A stretch of 64,000 nt of DNA from Candidatus Scalinduaceae bacterium (GCA_046759445.1 JBHICG010000004.1:32001-96000); one strand, 5' to 3'. Numbered from the stretch's first letter, positions 1-12,237 are shown. A program made the numbers and translations. The notes: a model not told the origin generated them from the letters alone.

Positions 1-1154
1 CCACCGATAGTATCAACGCCCACTGGCTCTATTTCCACACCAAAGTAATCAGACCAATCACGGAGGCTCAAGTCTCCCAACAATAGATGTTTATTTTCCC
101 CCATTTTCTTTATCGTTTCCTTGGGCTTCTCATATTCATCCTGTATTTCCCCCACAATTTCTTCAATAATATCTTCAAGCGTAATTAACCCTGCCGTGCC
201 GCCATACTCGTCTACAACAATCGCCAACTGGCTCCCTTCACGTCTAAACTGCCGCAACAAACTTTCAATACTCTTTGATTCTGGAACAAAATTAACAGGT
301 TTTATTACATTCCTAAGCCGCGAAGAAGTATTAAGGAAAACATCCTTCGCGTGTATTATGCCTATAATGTTATCAGTTGTATCCTCATAGACGGGGAATT
401 TAGTATGCATTGTTTTGCGAGCAAGCTCAATAAATCCCTCTACTGAGTCATCGACATCATACAAATTCATATCTACCCTCGGCAACATTATCTCTTTTAC
501 GAGTACCCTTTTAAAATCCAATACTCCGTGTATCATCGAACGTTCTTTGCGGTCTACAACCCCTTGTTTTTCACTAAATTCTACAATCATCTTCAGCTCA
601 TCAAGAGTCACGTATTTTTCCTTACCTTTACCTCCGCCAAAAACGATACTTAGCATATTTATAATAGCACCTAAAGGTATTCGAAGTGGTGAAAAGAGCT
701 TATCGAAAATATATATGGGAATTGCCGACCACCTTGAATAATGTTCGGGAATTTTTACTGCTATATTTTTTGGAATCACTTCTCCAAAGATAATAATTAT
801 AAGTAAACTGAACCCAACTATAGTTCCCACTTTCCAAACAGCACCATAAGCATTTGAAACAAGCACTTTCTGAACAATACCATACGAAATACAATAAAAA
901 CCAATATTTGCCAACATGTTTCCCAGTAGAATTGTCATTAGTAAGTTCTTCGGTGTTTTTAAGAGTGATTTAACAAATCTTTCTGCTCTATTACCGTTTT
1001 TCTCAAAACTCTTAATCTCTTCTCTGGTCAGTGAAAAAAAGGCTGTTTCAGAAGCAGAAAAAAAAGCTGAAAAGCACAACAGAAGGAACATAAAGAGGAT
1101 TTGTGGCAGGCAATCTAACAGTAAAAATAAATTATCTTCTTCCAACAATATCAC
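1..1154 (-). CDS. Hemolysin/CNNM family protein (DUF21 + CBS pair + CorC_HlyC), 3' end runs off the window
   Basis: Not in the ORF track because it has no stop in the window. Manual minus-strand translation gives LLLCFSAFFSASETAFFSL...LLMTILLGNMLAN (DUF21), AIVVDEYGGTAGLITLEDIIEEIVGEIQDEY (CBS/CorC) and VDTIGG at the window edge. Start is GTG 1154 or TTG 1148/1145. Confidence 0.9.
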   Translation of the reverse strand, partial: MILLEEDNLFLLLDCLPQILFMFLLLCFSAFFSASETAFFSLTREEIKSFEKNGNRAERFVKSLLKTPKNLLMTILLGNMLANIGFYCISYGIVQKVLVSNAYGAVWKVGTIVGFSLLIIIIFGEVIPKNIAVKIPEHYSRWSAIPIYIFDKLFSPLRIPLGAIINMLSIVFGGGKGKEKYVTLDELKMIVEFSEKQGVVDRKERSMIHGVLDFKRVLVKEIMLPRVDMNLYDVDDSVEGFIELARKTMHTKFPVYEDTTDNIIGIIHAKDVFLNTSSRLRNVIKPVNFVPESKSIESLLRQFRREGSQLAIVVDEYGGTAGLITLEDIIEEIVGEIQDEYEKPKETIKKMGENKHLLLGDLSLRDWSDYFGVEIEPVGVDTIG

Positions 1155-1261
1155 CCAGTGTGGGAAATTAATGGTGCTATTTAATCAACTATTTAAAAAA
1201 AGATCTAATTCATAAAAATAAATTTTCTCGCCAAATAACACCTTTTTGCACCTTTTTGAAG

Positions 1262-1291
1262 ATTATAACAGCCAAATCACAAACTTGTCAA
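1262..1291 (-). promoter_or_regulatory. Sigma70-type promoter for the CNNM gene
   Basis: Minus strand reads TTGACA-N18-TATAAT with an extended TGn before the -10 box; both boxes are perfect consensus. Confidence 0.75.
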
Positions 1292-1336
1292 ACACAAAAC
1301 ATATTATGAAACTTCAAGAAAAGGGATACAAATAGA

Positions 1337-1365
1337 TTGACATTAACTTTTTGTTTTAATAAACT
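1337..1365 (+). promoter_or_regulatory. Sigma70-type promoter for the aminotransferase (divergent from the CNNM promoter)
   Basis: TTGACA-N17-TAAACT about 50 bp upstream of ATG 1415. Confidence 0.6.
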
Positions 1366-1414
1366 TACTGCGTCTTAACATATTTTACACATAAACTTTA
1401 AAAAACATTTTCAT

Positions 1415-2620
1415 ATGATTATTTCACAACAAGTAAAAAAAATTAAGCCTTCTGCTACGATGTCCATAAACAGTAAGGTAAAACACTTAATATCGAGTGG
1501 TATAGACGTTATCGGTTTTAGCGCAGGAGAACCGGATTTTGATACCCCTGATTATATAAAGCTTGCGGCTATAGAATCTCTTAAAAGCGGTTTTACCAAA
1601 TATACACCCACATCCGGTATCCTAGAACTAAAAGAAGCAATATGTGAAAAATTGCGGAGAGAAAATAACATAAACTACACTCCCCAGCAGGTAATGGTCT
1701 CTTGTGGGGCCAAGCAGGCTATATACAACTGTATCCTCGCCTTATGTAATGAGGGTGATGAGGTTTTGGTTCCATCACCTTACTGGGTAAGCTATCCGGA
1801 ACAAATTGTTCTCGCAAGAGGTGCCCCTGTATTTATAAAGACTACAGATGAAAAAAAATTCAAAATAACAATAGATGACATTAAACGTAACATATCTGAT
1901 AGAACTAAATTATTAATAATAAACAGCCCTTGTAACCCCACTGGTACTGTATATACAGAGGAGGAACTTTATGAAATAACTCGTTTTGCCATCAAGGAAG
2001 GCTTGTATATCATATCGGACGAGATATATGAAAAAATTTTATACGATGGGGTTAAACATTTTAGCCCCGCCTCCTTCGGTAAAGAATTTAAGAAAAACAT
2101 TATCACCATAAATGGGTTTTCGAAATCTTTCTCAATGACCGGTTGGCGAATAGGTTACACTGCAGGCCCAGAAGACATCATAAAGGCTGCTACACTTATT
2201 CAGGACCATTCAACTTCATGTCCAAACTCCTTTACTCAGAAGGCAGCAGTGGCAGCACTGAAGGGAGACAAAGATATAACCATTAATATGATTACAGAAT
2301 TTGAAAAGAGAAGGCGATACATTGTGGAAAAACTTAATAATATGGATGGAATTACTTGTTTATTGCCGAAGGGAGCCTTCTATGTATTTCCAAAAGTATC
2401 AGATCTATTTGGCCGCAGTATTGCTGATCAGACTGCCAACACTTCAATTGAATTGGTTAGTTTAATCCTTGATAAAGCCAAGATAGCATTTGTGCCAGGT
2501 GAATGTTTTGGCTCAGGCTCCCATGTTAGAATCTCCTATGCTGTTTCGTTTAACAATATCAAGAAAGGTATTGACAGGCTGGAAAAACTCTTGTTAGGTG
2601 GTATTTCACACGAAAGTTAG
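1415..2620 (+). CDS. aspC: PLP-dependent aminotransferase class I/II (aspartate aminotransferase type)
   Basis: GEPDFDTP, NSPCNPTG, SDEIYE, and the PLP-lysine motif GFSKSFSMTGWRIGY. Confidence 0.9.
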   Translation: MIISQQVKKIKPSATMSINSKVKHLISSGIDVIGFSAGEPDFDTPDYIKLAAIESLKSGFTKYTPTSGILELKEAICEKLRRENNINYTPQQVMVSCGAKQAIYNCILALCNEGDEVLVPSPYWVSYPEQIVLARGAPVFIKTTDEKKFKITIDDIKRNISDRTKLLIINSPCNPTGTVYTEEELYEITRFAIKEGLYIISDEIYEKILYDGVKHFSPASFGKEFKKNIITINGFSKSFSMTGWRIGYTAGPEDIIKAATLIQDHSTSCPNSFTQKAAVAALKGDKDITINMITEFEKRRRYIVEKLNNMDGITCLLPKGAFYVFPKVSDLFGRSIADQTANTSIELVSLILDKAKIAFVPGECFGSGSHVRISYAVSFNNIKKGIDRLEKLLLGGISHES

Positions 2621-2679
2621 TATGTAGTATTTCTTAAATCTATTTGGTGCCAGTTCGTCCGGATTAGTTTTAGACCATA

Positions 2680-2916
2680 CTATTTTTTTACTATCTCTAC
2701 CTTCCATTCCTCTGGCCCGGTTAGTATATATTCCCATTCTAATTGGCCCGTGCGTTCCGCGTCTAACTGGTACTTTAGAGGCTTAGGATCATGATCATTT
2801 ATTAACACCATCTTTTCTCCCGCTTTAAGAGAATCGAAAGTATCAAAAATCTTTGGATGTCTCTCTCGTGGTATTATGTTTCGCACGTCTAACGTAATAA
2901 CTTTGCCTTCACTCAT
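2680..2916 (-). CDS. DUF2249 domain protein
   Basis: LDVRNIIPRERHPKIFDTFDSL...LINDHDPKPLKYQL...GPEEWKVEI. Start reassigned to ATG 2916, which has a GAAAGGA Shine-Dalgarno-like sequence upstream. Confidence 0.85.
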   Translation of the reverse strand: MSEGKVITLDVRNIIPRERHPKIFDTFDSLKAGEKMVLINDHDPKPLKYQLDAERTGQLEWEYILTGPEEWKVEIVKK

Positions 2917-3001
2917 TTGTCTCGTCCTTTCATCGATATAAATAACATTTATAGTATTCCTTTTGAATGTTTGTCTCAACTTTCTAACTGGATAGGAGCA
3001 A

Positions 3002-3310
3002 TTATCCTTTAAGTATTGCTGTCACCAAGGCTGTTAATTTTGTTTTTGCCTTGAGTGTGCGAGGTTCACTGCTTTCAAACAATACAAAGGCTCCTTCTTC
3101 TACATCATGCTCGTCTTTATCAGTAACAACATATCCTCTCCCTGAATTGACTATGACTATGACCTTTTGATCTTTGGTATCTTGTAATGCTGACTGTCCT
3201 TCCTCCATACAAAGGAAGTTAACACAAACCTTTTGAGAATTATATAAGTTTTTTGATTCTGTATTTTCTTCTGAAAATTTTACAATGTCCTCTAATTTAA
3301 ATTCTCCCAT
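3002..3310 (-). CDS. Cupin-fold protein (degenerate, metal-binding His not evident)
   Basis: Beta-rich 102 aa with cupin spacing (CMEEGQS...VNSGRG...EEGAFVLFESSEPRTLKA); similar layout to the adjacent cupin. Confidence 0.7.
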   Translation of the reverse strand: MGEFKLEDIVKFSEENTESKNLYNSQKVCVNFLCMEEGQSALQDTKDQKVIVIVNSGRGYVVTDKDEHDVEEGAFVLFESSEPRTLKAKTKLTALVTAILKG

Positions 3311-3319
3311 TCCAACTCC

Positions 3320-3616
3320 TCAACTAATGTGAACGGCTACCGCAACCAATCTTTCCACCCCCTTGATACCTCTCTTTGCACCCTCGGGAGCTATTACCAC
3401 TTTACCTTTTGTCAAACTTATTTCTTTGTCATCTAAATACATAATCCCTTTCCCCTCCAACACATAAAAAATTCCCGTGCCGCTAGGGTGTGCGGGTATT
3501 TCCTGGCCTGGCTCTAAACATATCAAAGGTGCTTTTGCATCTGGCGAGACACATAATATTTGCGGGCGAAATTGTTCGTTAAATTGAACCCTTTCCCGTA
3601 ATTTTATTAGATTCAA
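3320..3616 (-). CDS. Cupin domain protein
   Basis: LEPGQEIPAH...FYVLEGKG...LTKGKVVIAPEG cupin_2 pattern. Confidence 0.85.
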   Translation of the reverse strand: MNLIKLRERVQFNEQFRPQILCVSPDAKAPLICLEPGQEIPAHPSGTGIFYVLEGKGIMYLDDKEISLTKGKVVIAPEGAKRGIKGVERLVAVAVHIS

Positions 3617-3674
3617 AACACTATTCCTCCTGGCAAATTTATTAAATCCCTAAAAAAGCTTTGGCTTCAATCTG

Positions 3675-3950
3675 TTAAGGGGCCTTTGAATCAACTTCCT
3701 TTTGGGCAGCTTCAATCAATTCGTTGACAAATTTATCTACATCCGTATTGTGCATCATGCACGCTAAATTTATGTCTTCTGTACCAAAGGCAGGACAATC
3801 AAAGCAGCTCTTACCAAAGTGCTTTGAAAATACCTCTTTTGTCGCCGGATATTTTTCTGTTACCTCGCCAGTAGTCATTTTCTTCGTAATAATCACCTTC
3901 TCCGTTCCGGTGGTCTCACTTTGAATGTCTTTTTGTTCCTGCATTGTCAT
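3675..3950 (-). CDS. DUF1858 domain protein (hybrid-cluster-protein-associated redox disulfide-like, CxxC)
   Basis: ITKKMTTGEVTEKYPATKEVFSKHFGKSCFDCP...EDINLACMMHNTDVDKFVNEL matches the DUF1858/ScdA_N-like pattern. Confidence 0.8.
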   Translation of the reverse strand: MTMQEQKDIQSETTGTEKVIITKKMTTGEVTEKYPATKEVFSKHFGKSCFDCPAFGTEDINLACMMHNTDVDKFVNELIEAAQKEVDSKAP

Positions 3951-4011
3951 TTCTCCATTTTACGTGTTGCAAAAACAGCGTTTATTATAGCACGGTAACG
4001 TGTAAACACGA

Positions 4012-4040
4012 TATATACCATTTGATACAAAAAGAGTCAA
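4012..4040 (-). promoter_or_regulatory. Putative sigma70 promoter of the DUF1858-cupin-DUF2249 operon
   Basis: Minus strand TTGACT-N17-TATATA with TGn extension; the palindrome CGTGT-AA-ACACG (3999-4010) lies just downstream. Confidence 0.45.
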
Positions 4041-4135
4041 TACAATTCAACCCCCGGTTGTTTCATCTAATTTTCACATCCTCTTGATTTGGAATATTAG
4101 ATGGTTATTATCCTTAGAAAATGAGGAGTTAATTC

Positions 4136-4164
4136 TTGATATTTGGAAGCATTGGTTGTACAAT
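4136..4164 (+). promoter_or_regulatory. Putative sigma70 promoter for glnA (possibly glnA-dnaA)
   Basis: TTGATA-N17-TACAAT; a weaker similar element (TTGATT-N16-TATTAT) sits at 4084-4111. Confidence 0.5.
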
Positions 4165-4221
4165 CTGAAACTTAAGTTTTGAATTAATTCCTAACCATCA
4201 GATATATAATCCATATCGCTT

Positions 4222-5571
4222 GTGACAAAAAAGTCTACCAAAGATCAGACAGCATCAAGAATCAAGAAGGATAATGTCAAATTCATACAGCTACAATTTA
4301 CCGACATTACGGGTAGCATAAAATCCGTAACAATTCCCACACACAAATTATCGGAGGCTTTGAATAAAGGTCTCTGGTTTGATGGTTCTTCAATAGAGGG
4401 TTTCACAAGAATATTTGAAAGTGACATGTTTTTAAAACCTGAGCCGGAAACGTACATTCTCCTGCCGTGGGAACCAAAGGAAAGCCCTACTGCACGGTTC
4501 ATATGTGATGTTTTTACGCCTGACGGCAAGCCATTCGAGGGAGATCCAAGGTTTATACTAAAAAGGGCATGCAATGATGCCAGGGCAATGGGACTTGAAT
4601 ACAACGTAGGCACTGAGCTAGAATTTTTCCTTTTTAAACCAAGTATAGACAGCGGTGTTGAACCAATACCGCATGACGTAGGTGGTTACTTTGATTTTTC
4701 TCCCAGAGACCTTGCGGGACAGGTAAGAAACGAAATAGTAACAGCTCTTGAAAGTATGGGGCTTGAAGTTGAGTTGAGTCACCACGAAGTTGCACCAGGA
4801 CAACACGAAATAGACTTTCGATTTTCAGATGCCATTTCAACTGCAGACAATGCGATTACGCTCAAGCTGGCCGTTAAGTCTATAGCACATAAGCATGGTC
4901 TTTACGCTACTTTTATGCCTAAACCTATTTATGGTATCAATGGCAGTGGTATGCACTGTCATCAGAGTCTTTTTAATTTAAAAAACCGCAAAAACGCATT
5001 CTACAGCTCAAAAAATGAATACCGTCTCAGTGATGTTGCAAGAAATTTCATAGCCGGTCAGTTGAAGCATATACGAGAAATGATATCTATCCTTGCTCCC
5101 ACTGTAAACTCATATAAGAGGCTCGTTCCTGGTTTCGAAGCACCTGTATACATCTGCTGGGGGCAGAAGAATAGATCCTCGTTGATAAGGATCCCCAGAT
5201 ACTCTAAAGGAAGAGAACAGTCTACAAGGGCAGAACTAAGGTGTCCAGATCCTAGCGGTAATCCTTATTTGGCTTTTGCTGTCATGCTGGAATCTGGTTT
5301 AGAAGGAATGAGAAAAAAGATGAAAATCCCTCCCCCAGTGGAAGAAAACGTATACGAGTTTGATTTCAACCGATTATCCAAATTAGGAATAGACACGCTT
5401 CCCGACTCACTGGGTGAAGCAACACAAGAACTAAAAAATAGCAAGCTAATGGAAAAAGCCTTAGGGCCGCATACTTACAAGACATATATCAATGCTAAAA
5501 CAATCGAATGGAACGAGTATCGAACACAAGTAACTGAATGGGAACATAAAAAATATTTCGAGGTCACATAA
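4222..5571 (+). CDS. glnA: Glutamine synthetase type I (short, GSI-alpha-like)
   Basis: FDGSSIEGF, HHEVAPGQHEID, TFMPKP..GINGSGMHCHQS, NSYKRLVPGFEAP, ELRCPDPSGNPYLA. Confidence 0.96.
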   Translation: MTKKSTKDQTASRIKKDNVKFIQLQFTDITGSIKSVTIPTHKLSEALNKGLWFDGSSIEGFTRIFESDMFLKPEPETYILLPWEPKESPTARFICDVFTPDGKPFEGDPRFILKRACNDARAMGLEYNVGTELEFFLFKPSIDSGVEPIPHDVGGYFDFSPRDLAGQVRNEIVTALESMGLEVELSHHEVAPGQHEIDFRFSDAISTADNAITLKLAVKSIAHKHGLYATFMPKPIYGINGSGMHCHQSLFNLKNRKNAFYSSKNEYRLSDVARNFIAGQLKHIREMISILAPTVNSYKRLVPGFEAPVYICWGQKNRSSLIRIPRYSKGREQSTRAELRCPDPSGNPYLAFAVMLESGLEGMRKKMKIPPPVEENVYEFDFNRLSKLGIDTLPDSLGEATQELKNSKLMEKALGPHTYKTYINAKTIEWNEYRTQVTEWEHKKYFEVT

Positions 5572-5594
5572 AGTTTTTTTGTTTTTTCCAATCT

Positions 5595-6923
5595 ATGAAA
5601 TCACTTATCGATAAAAAAACTTGGTCTTCTATTAAAGAGGAGATTAAAAGAAATATTTCTTCGCAACAGTTTGCAACTTGGTTTGAAAAATTAAAGCTGG
5701 TTAATTTTAACAACAATGAGATATGCATTCTGGTTCCAAACCCAATTTGTAAGGAATGGTTAGAAAATAACTATATAGATGTCATTTCGTCCGTAGTTTA
5801 TGATATAACAAACCAAAATCCCAAGGTTAAATTCGTTATCGAATCAGTGAAAAACCTTCCAGAATATTCTCCTAATCTCACACCCAGTTTAACAAACATA
5901 GAAAAGCACGTTTATATAAACAAGAACTATACATTTGAAAACTTCTTGGTGGGATCTTGCAATAGACTAGCACATGCTACCGCACTCGCTGTATGTGAAT
6001 CACCAGGAACCGCCTATAATCCATTATTTATTCATGGTACTGTCGGACTAGGTAAGACTCATTTACTACAGGCTATATATCTCAAACTGCAGGAGCATTT
6101 AAACCCATACAATATTCTATACTTACCATGCGAAACTTTCGTCAATCATTATATATCCACAATAAAAACCGGTGATTGGGACGACTTTAGAGATAAGTAT
6201 AGACAGATTGATGTTATGTTAATAGATGATATACATTTCCTTGCAAATTCACAAAATTCCCGTGAAGAATTTTTTCATACGTTTAACGCACTTTACAGTC
6301 GTCAGAAACAGATTGTCTTATCAAGCGACTGTCCACCAGAAGAAATTCCTACAATTGAAGAACGGCTTATATCCAGGTTCCGATGGGGATTGATAACAAA
6401 GATTGATCCTCCAAATTTTGAGACTAGCGTTGCCATAATTCAACGAAAAGCTGCTTTACTTAACCTGGATATATCACATGATGTGTCCTATTACTTGGCA
6501 GAAAACGTTTCATCAAGCATAAGGGAAATCGAAGGTGCATTATTGAATATTTGTAAGTATGCCTCTATAAACAAGTGCAAAATAGATTCGAATCTCGTGA
6601 AACATGTGATACAAGGATTTACTAAAGAAAACGTAAACATAGGTATTGAAAAAATATTAAATATTGTTACCAAGCACTTTGGTATTCAGCTCTCACAACT
6701 TCATTCCAAGAGGAAATTTAAATCTATCACTCTACCCAGGCAAATTGCAATGTACTTGGCACGTCGGCTAACCAACTTATCATTAGAAGAAATCGGTGGT
6801 TATATGGGTGGTCGCGACCATACAACAGTCTTACATGCTGATGAAAAAATAAAAAAACTAAAGAAAACTGACAGAAATATATCAAATATATTGAGAAGAA
6901 TAGAAAAAGATTTAATCCGTTGA
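5595..6923 (+). CDS. dnaA: Chromosomal replication initiator DnaA
   Basis: YTFENF, YNPLFIHGTVGLGKTHLL (Walker A), IDDIHFL, RLISRFRWGL, and domain IV RQIAMYL...GGRDHTTVLHA. Confidence 0.98.
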   Translation: MKSLIDKKTWSSIKEEIKRNISSQQFATWFEKLKLVNFNNNEICILVPNPICKEWLENNYIDVISSVVYDITNQNPKVKFVIESVKNLPEYSPNLTPSLTNIEKHVYINKNYTFENFLVGSCNRLAHATALAVCESPGTAYNPLFIHGTVGLGKTHLLQAIYLKLQEHLNPYNILYLPCETFVNHYISTIKTGDWDDFRDKYRQIDVMLIDDIHFLANSQNSREEFFHTFNALYSRQKQIVLSSDCPPEEIPTIEERLISRFRWGLITKIDPPNFETSVAIIQRKAALLNLDISHDVSYYLAENVSSSIREIEGALLNICKYASINKCKIDSNLVKHVIQGFTKENVNIGIEKILNIVTKHFGIQLSQLHSKRKFKSITLPRQIAMYLARRLTNLSLEEIGGYMGGRDHTTVLHADEKIKKLKKTDRNISNILRRIEKDLIR

Positions 6924-7454
6924 GCTGTGTATGGAAAAAGTATATATATTGTGGATAAGCTGTAGAGAATTCGATTGTGACTAAACATTTTTAATATATG
7001 TGTCTGTTTTTTTTCGAAAACGTCGAAGAAATATTTACTAAAAACTTACTGTTAATCTACCACTATAATTTAAATTATTTTTATATAACTGTTATAATTC
7101 GTTTATTTAGTATGTCTTATCAAGTTATTACAATTTTTTACACTTTATTTACAGTATATACTTATAAAAATAATAGTTTTTAACATATTTTAATATTAAA
7201 GTAATCAGTATCCGTTACTGAAATACTACATTGTCAGCCTAAATTTATTTCAGGATCTTTTAACACCGTAATATATAAATTCTGAGATAAGTTAAAGGTG
7301 ACATTTTTAAATATCTACTCTTCCCGCAACAAATACTAATTATAGTAACTTTTATTTTTTGTAGTTTACAAGTGTAAGTTATAATTACATAATATTAATG
7401 TACATTTCATGGAAGTTATAAATTTATAAAAACATCCAGCTTATAAAAAATTAA
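6924..7454. other. Probable replication origin oriC (dnaA-dnaN intergenic)
   Basis: 531-bp, very AT-rich gap. Perfect DnaA box TGTGGATAA at 6950-6958; near-matches at 6930-6938, 6961-6969, 6976-6984 and a tandem pair at 7136-7153. By eye the + strand becomes more G-rich to the right. Confidence 0.75.
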
Positions 7455-8558
7455 ATGAAACTAAGATGTAACAAAGAAATTATTAAGAGAGGAATCCTTG
7501 TTGTTGAAAGTGTTGTTTCTGGTTCTAGTATAAAACCTATAGTACAGAATATCAGGGTTACTGCAAAAGACAATATTTTAGAATTATCTACAACAGACTT
7601 GGAAGTTAGCGTAAGCTATATAATTGACTCTATTGAAGTTGAAGAACCGGGAGTTATGGTATGTCCAGAAGCAAAGATAGCTTCTATAATAAAAGAGTGG
7701 ACGGACGATTACATAGAGATATCTGAAAAGAATAAAATATGCTCTATAAAAGGGGAAGATAGTTATTTTAAGGTATTGTGTACTGATCCTGAGGAGTTTC
7801 CCGCAATACCCCAATTTGTAGATGAAAAGTATATAGAAGTAGATAAAGCGATTTTAGCCGATATGATGAAAAAGACATCATTTATTGTTTTAGGAGAAAG
7901 ATCTAAATATGGCACTAATGGTGTTTTCCTAGATATCAAAGAAAATCAGGCAAAAATGGTTTCAAACGATGGAAGAAGACTTGCAGAGGTAAAGAGGAAA
8001 ATCAATAACCCCAGTGGCATAATTAAAAACTGTATAATTCCAATAAAGGGTATCAATCAGGCGATAAAAATAATAACCGACCATGACGATGTTGTTAAAA
8101 TAAAAGTAGAGGAAAAACGTGTTTTTATGAAAACAAAAAATACAACGTTATGTTCGCAATTAATAGAAGGACAGTACCCTAAGTATGAAGAAGTAATACC
8201 GTCAAACATGGATAAAAGAGCTACATTAGATAAAAATATCCTTTATACTGCCGTTCATAGAGGAGCTGTAATGACGACGAATGAGTATAAGCTATTGAAG
8301 TTCAAGTTTACGAGTGAAGATTTAGAGTTGCGGTGTACTTCACCAGATGTGGGAGAATCCAAGGTCAGGGTTCCCATAGAGTATTCTGGAGACGAGCTGG
8401 AAATAGGTTTTAATCCAGATTTTATTTTGGATTTCCTAAAAATAGTTGATACAGAAAAAGTGAAGATTGAGTTAAAAGACAAAAACACAGCCGGTTTATT
8501 AAAAGTAGGAAATGATTGTTTATATGTGATAATGCCCACAAACTTATCGGGGGAATAA
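7455..8558 (+). CDS. dnaN: DNA polymerase III beta sliding clamp
   Basis: TTDLEV, EEFP, SNDGRRLA, LIEGQYPKYEEVIP, IGFNPDFILD, C-terminal YVIMP; located after dnaA. Confidence 0.96.
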   Translation: MKLRCNKEIIKRGILVVESVVSGSSIKPIVQNIRVTAKDNILELSTTDLEVSVSYIIDSIEVEEPGVMVCPEAKIASIIKEWTDDYIEISEKNKICSIKGEDSYFKVLCTDPEEFPAIPQFVDEKYIEVDKAILADMMKKTSFIVLGERSKYGTNGVFLDIKENQAKMVSNDGRRLAEVKRKINNPSGIIKNCIIPIKGINQAIKIITDHDDVVKIKVEEKRVFMKTKNTTLCSQLIEGQYPKYEEVIPSNMDKRATLDKNILYTAVHRGAVMTTNEYKLLKFKFTSEDLELRCTSPDVGESKVRVPIEYSGDELEIGFNPDFILDFLKIVDTEKVKIELKDKNTAGLLKVGNDCLYVIMPTNLSGE

Positions 8559-8571
8559 AAAAGGAAGTAAA

Positions 8572-8883
8572 ATGAGCAAAAACTTTGGAGAAAGCGATAG
8601 AGATGTCAAGAAGTTGGGGGAAATATTATCTAAAACAGTAAAAACTGTGAAAAAAAAGGCAAGGGAAAGCAATGGTATAAGAAAGTTTTGGACGGTAATG
8701 GTAAGCCAAGATATCTCAGAACATACAGAAGTGGGAAGGATTAAAGGCGACATACTTTACGTTAAAGTGGATTCGGCAACATGGTTGCATTACATAGCTG
8801 CATTTAAAAAAAAAGAATTATTAAAGTCAATACAGGATGGTTATAAGCGGAAATTTATTTCGGATATAAGGTTTTTTGTGTAA
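8572..8883 (+). CDS. DUF721 / DciA-family protein
   Basis: W..MV...ISEHTEV...GDILYVKVDSATWLHYI...KKELL pattern; conserved position between dnaN and gyrB. Confidence 0.8.
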   Translation: MSKNFGESDRDVKKLGEILSKTVKTVKKKARESNGIRKFWTVMVSQDISEHTEVGRIKGDILYVKVDSATWLHYIAAFKKKELLKSIQDGYKRKFISDIRFFV

Positions 8884-8889
8884 AGTTAA

Positions 8890-11337
<2,448 letters not shown>

Positions 11338-11397
11338 AAGAAAATATTTTTGACAGAGATTAAACCAAATAACAAGTCATATTCTAAGGGGAAACAA

Positions 11398-12237
11398 TTA
11401 AAACCTGTTTCCTTCCCACCAACCTGTAAAGACTAACTCTGCGGGGCCCGTCATATAAGTTTTATTGTTAACAGACCATTCAACAATCAAGTCGCCACCT
11501 GGTAGATGGGCGGTTATGGTTCTTTCGGTTAGATTATTTAGAACGCCTGCAACACAAGCAGCCACGGCTCCTGTTCCACAAGCCAATGTCTCACCAGAAC
11601 CCCTTTCCCAAGTCCTCATTCTAATTTCATCGGACGCAATAATTTGGACAAAATGGACATTTATTCTTTCTGGAAATACACTGTGATTTTCAATTGTCCT
11701 GCCTATGGTTGGAAGTTGTATAGAGTCAACGTCGTCAACGAAAGAGATACAGTGAGGGTTGCCTAACGAAACACACGTAATATTTAGTAACATAACATCT
11801 GTTTTTAGCGGTTCGTTAATCACTCGGGTGTTTTTGCCTAACATAGGTATTTCATTTCTTAGCAGCTTTGGTATGCCCATCTCTACCCTTACTTTTGAAA
11901 CCTTATCATTTAGTATAATTAACTCTGCCGTCTTTATTCCAGAAAGCGTTTCAATTGTAATCTTATCATTTTTTTTTAAGCCACTGTCGTACGTGTATTT
12001 AGCAACACACCTTATTCCATTACCACACATTTGCGCTTCGCTTCCATCAGCATTAAAAATACGCATCTTGACATCAGCAACTTGTGAAGGCATTATAAGT
12101 ATTAAACCATCACCGCCAACACCGAAGTTCCTGTTGCTCATTATAACTGCCAGTTTGGATGGATTTTCCACTTTTTCTTGAAAACAATTGATATAAATAT
12201 AGTCATTACCAATACCCTGCATTTTTGTAAATTTCAA
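11398..12237 (-). CDS. dapF: Diaminopimelate epimerase
   Basis: FTKMQGIGNDY, FNADGSEAQMCGNGIRC, GNPHC, WERGSGETLACGTGA. Confidence 0.96.
   Translation of the reverse strand: MKFTKMQGIGNDYIYINCFQEKVENPSKLAVIMSNRNFGVGGDGLILIMPSQVADVKMRIFNADGSEAQMCGNGIRCVAKYTYDSGLKKNDKITIETLSGIKTAELIILNDKVSKVRVEMGIPKLLRNEIPMLGKNTRVINEPLKTDVMLLNITCVSLGNPHCISFVDDVDSIQLPTIGRTIENHSVFPERINVHFVQIIASDEIRMRTWERGSGETLACGTGAVAACVAGVLNNLTERTITAHLPGGDLIVEWSVNNKTYMTGPAELVFTGWWEGNRF

Noticed and set aside
121..1215. Plus-strand ORFs 121-390, 415-741 and 916-1215
   Set aside because: Antisense shadows of the minus-strand CNNM/hemolysin gene; the same applies to the many short antisense or alternative-frame ORFs inside larger genes throughout the track.
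4022..4040. TTGAT...GTCAA as an FNR/Crp-family site
   Set aside because: The half-sites are 9 bp apart rather than the canonical 4; the right half is better explained as the minus-strand -35 box.
6998..7183. 61-aa ORF in the dnaA-dnaN gap
   Set aside because: Low-complexity AT-rich translation with no recognisable motif, overlapping the probable oriC.
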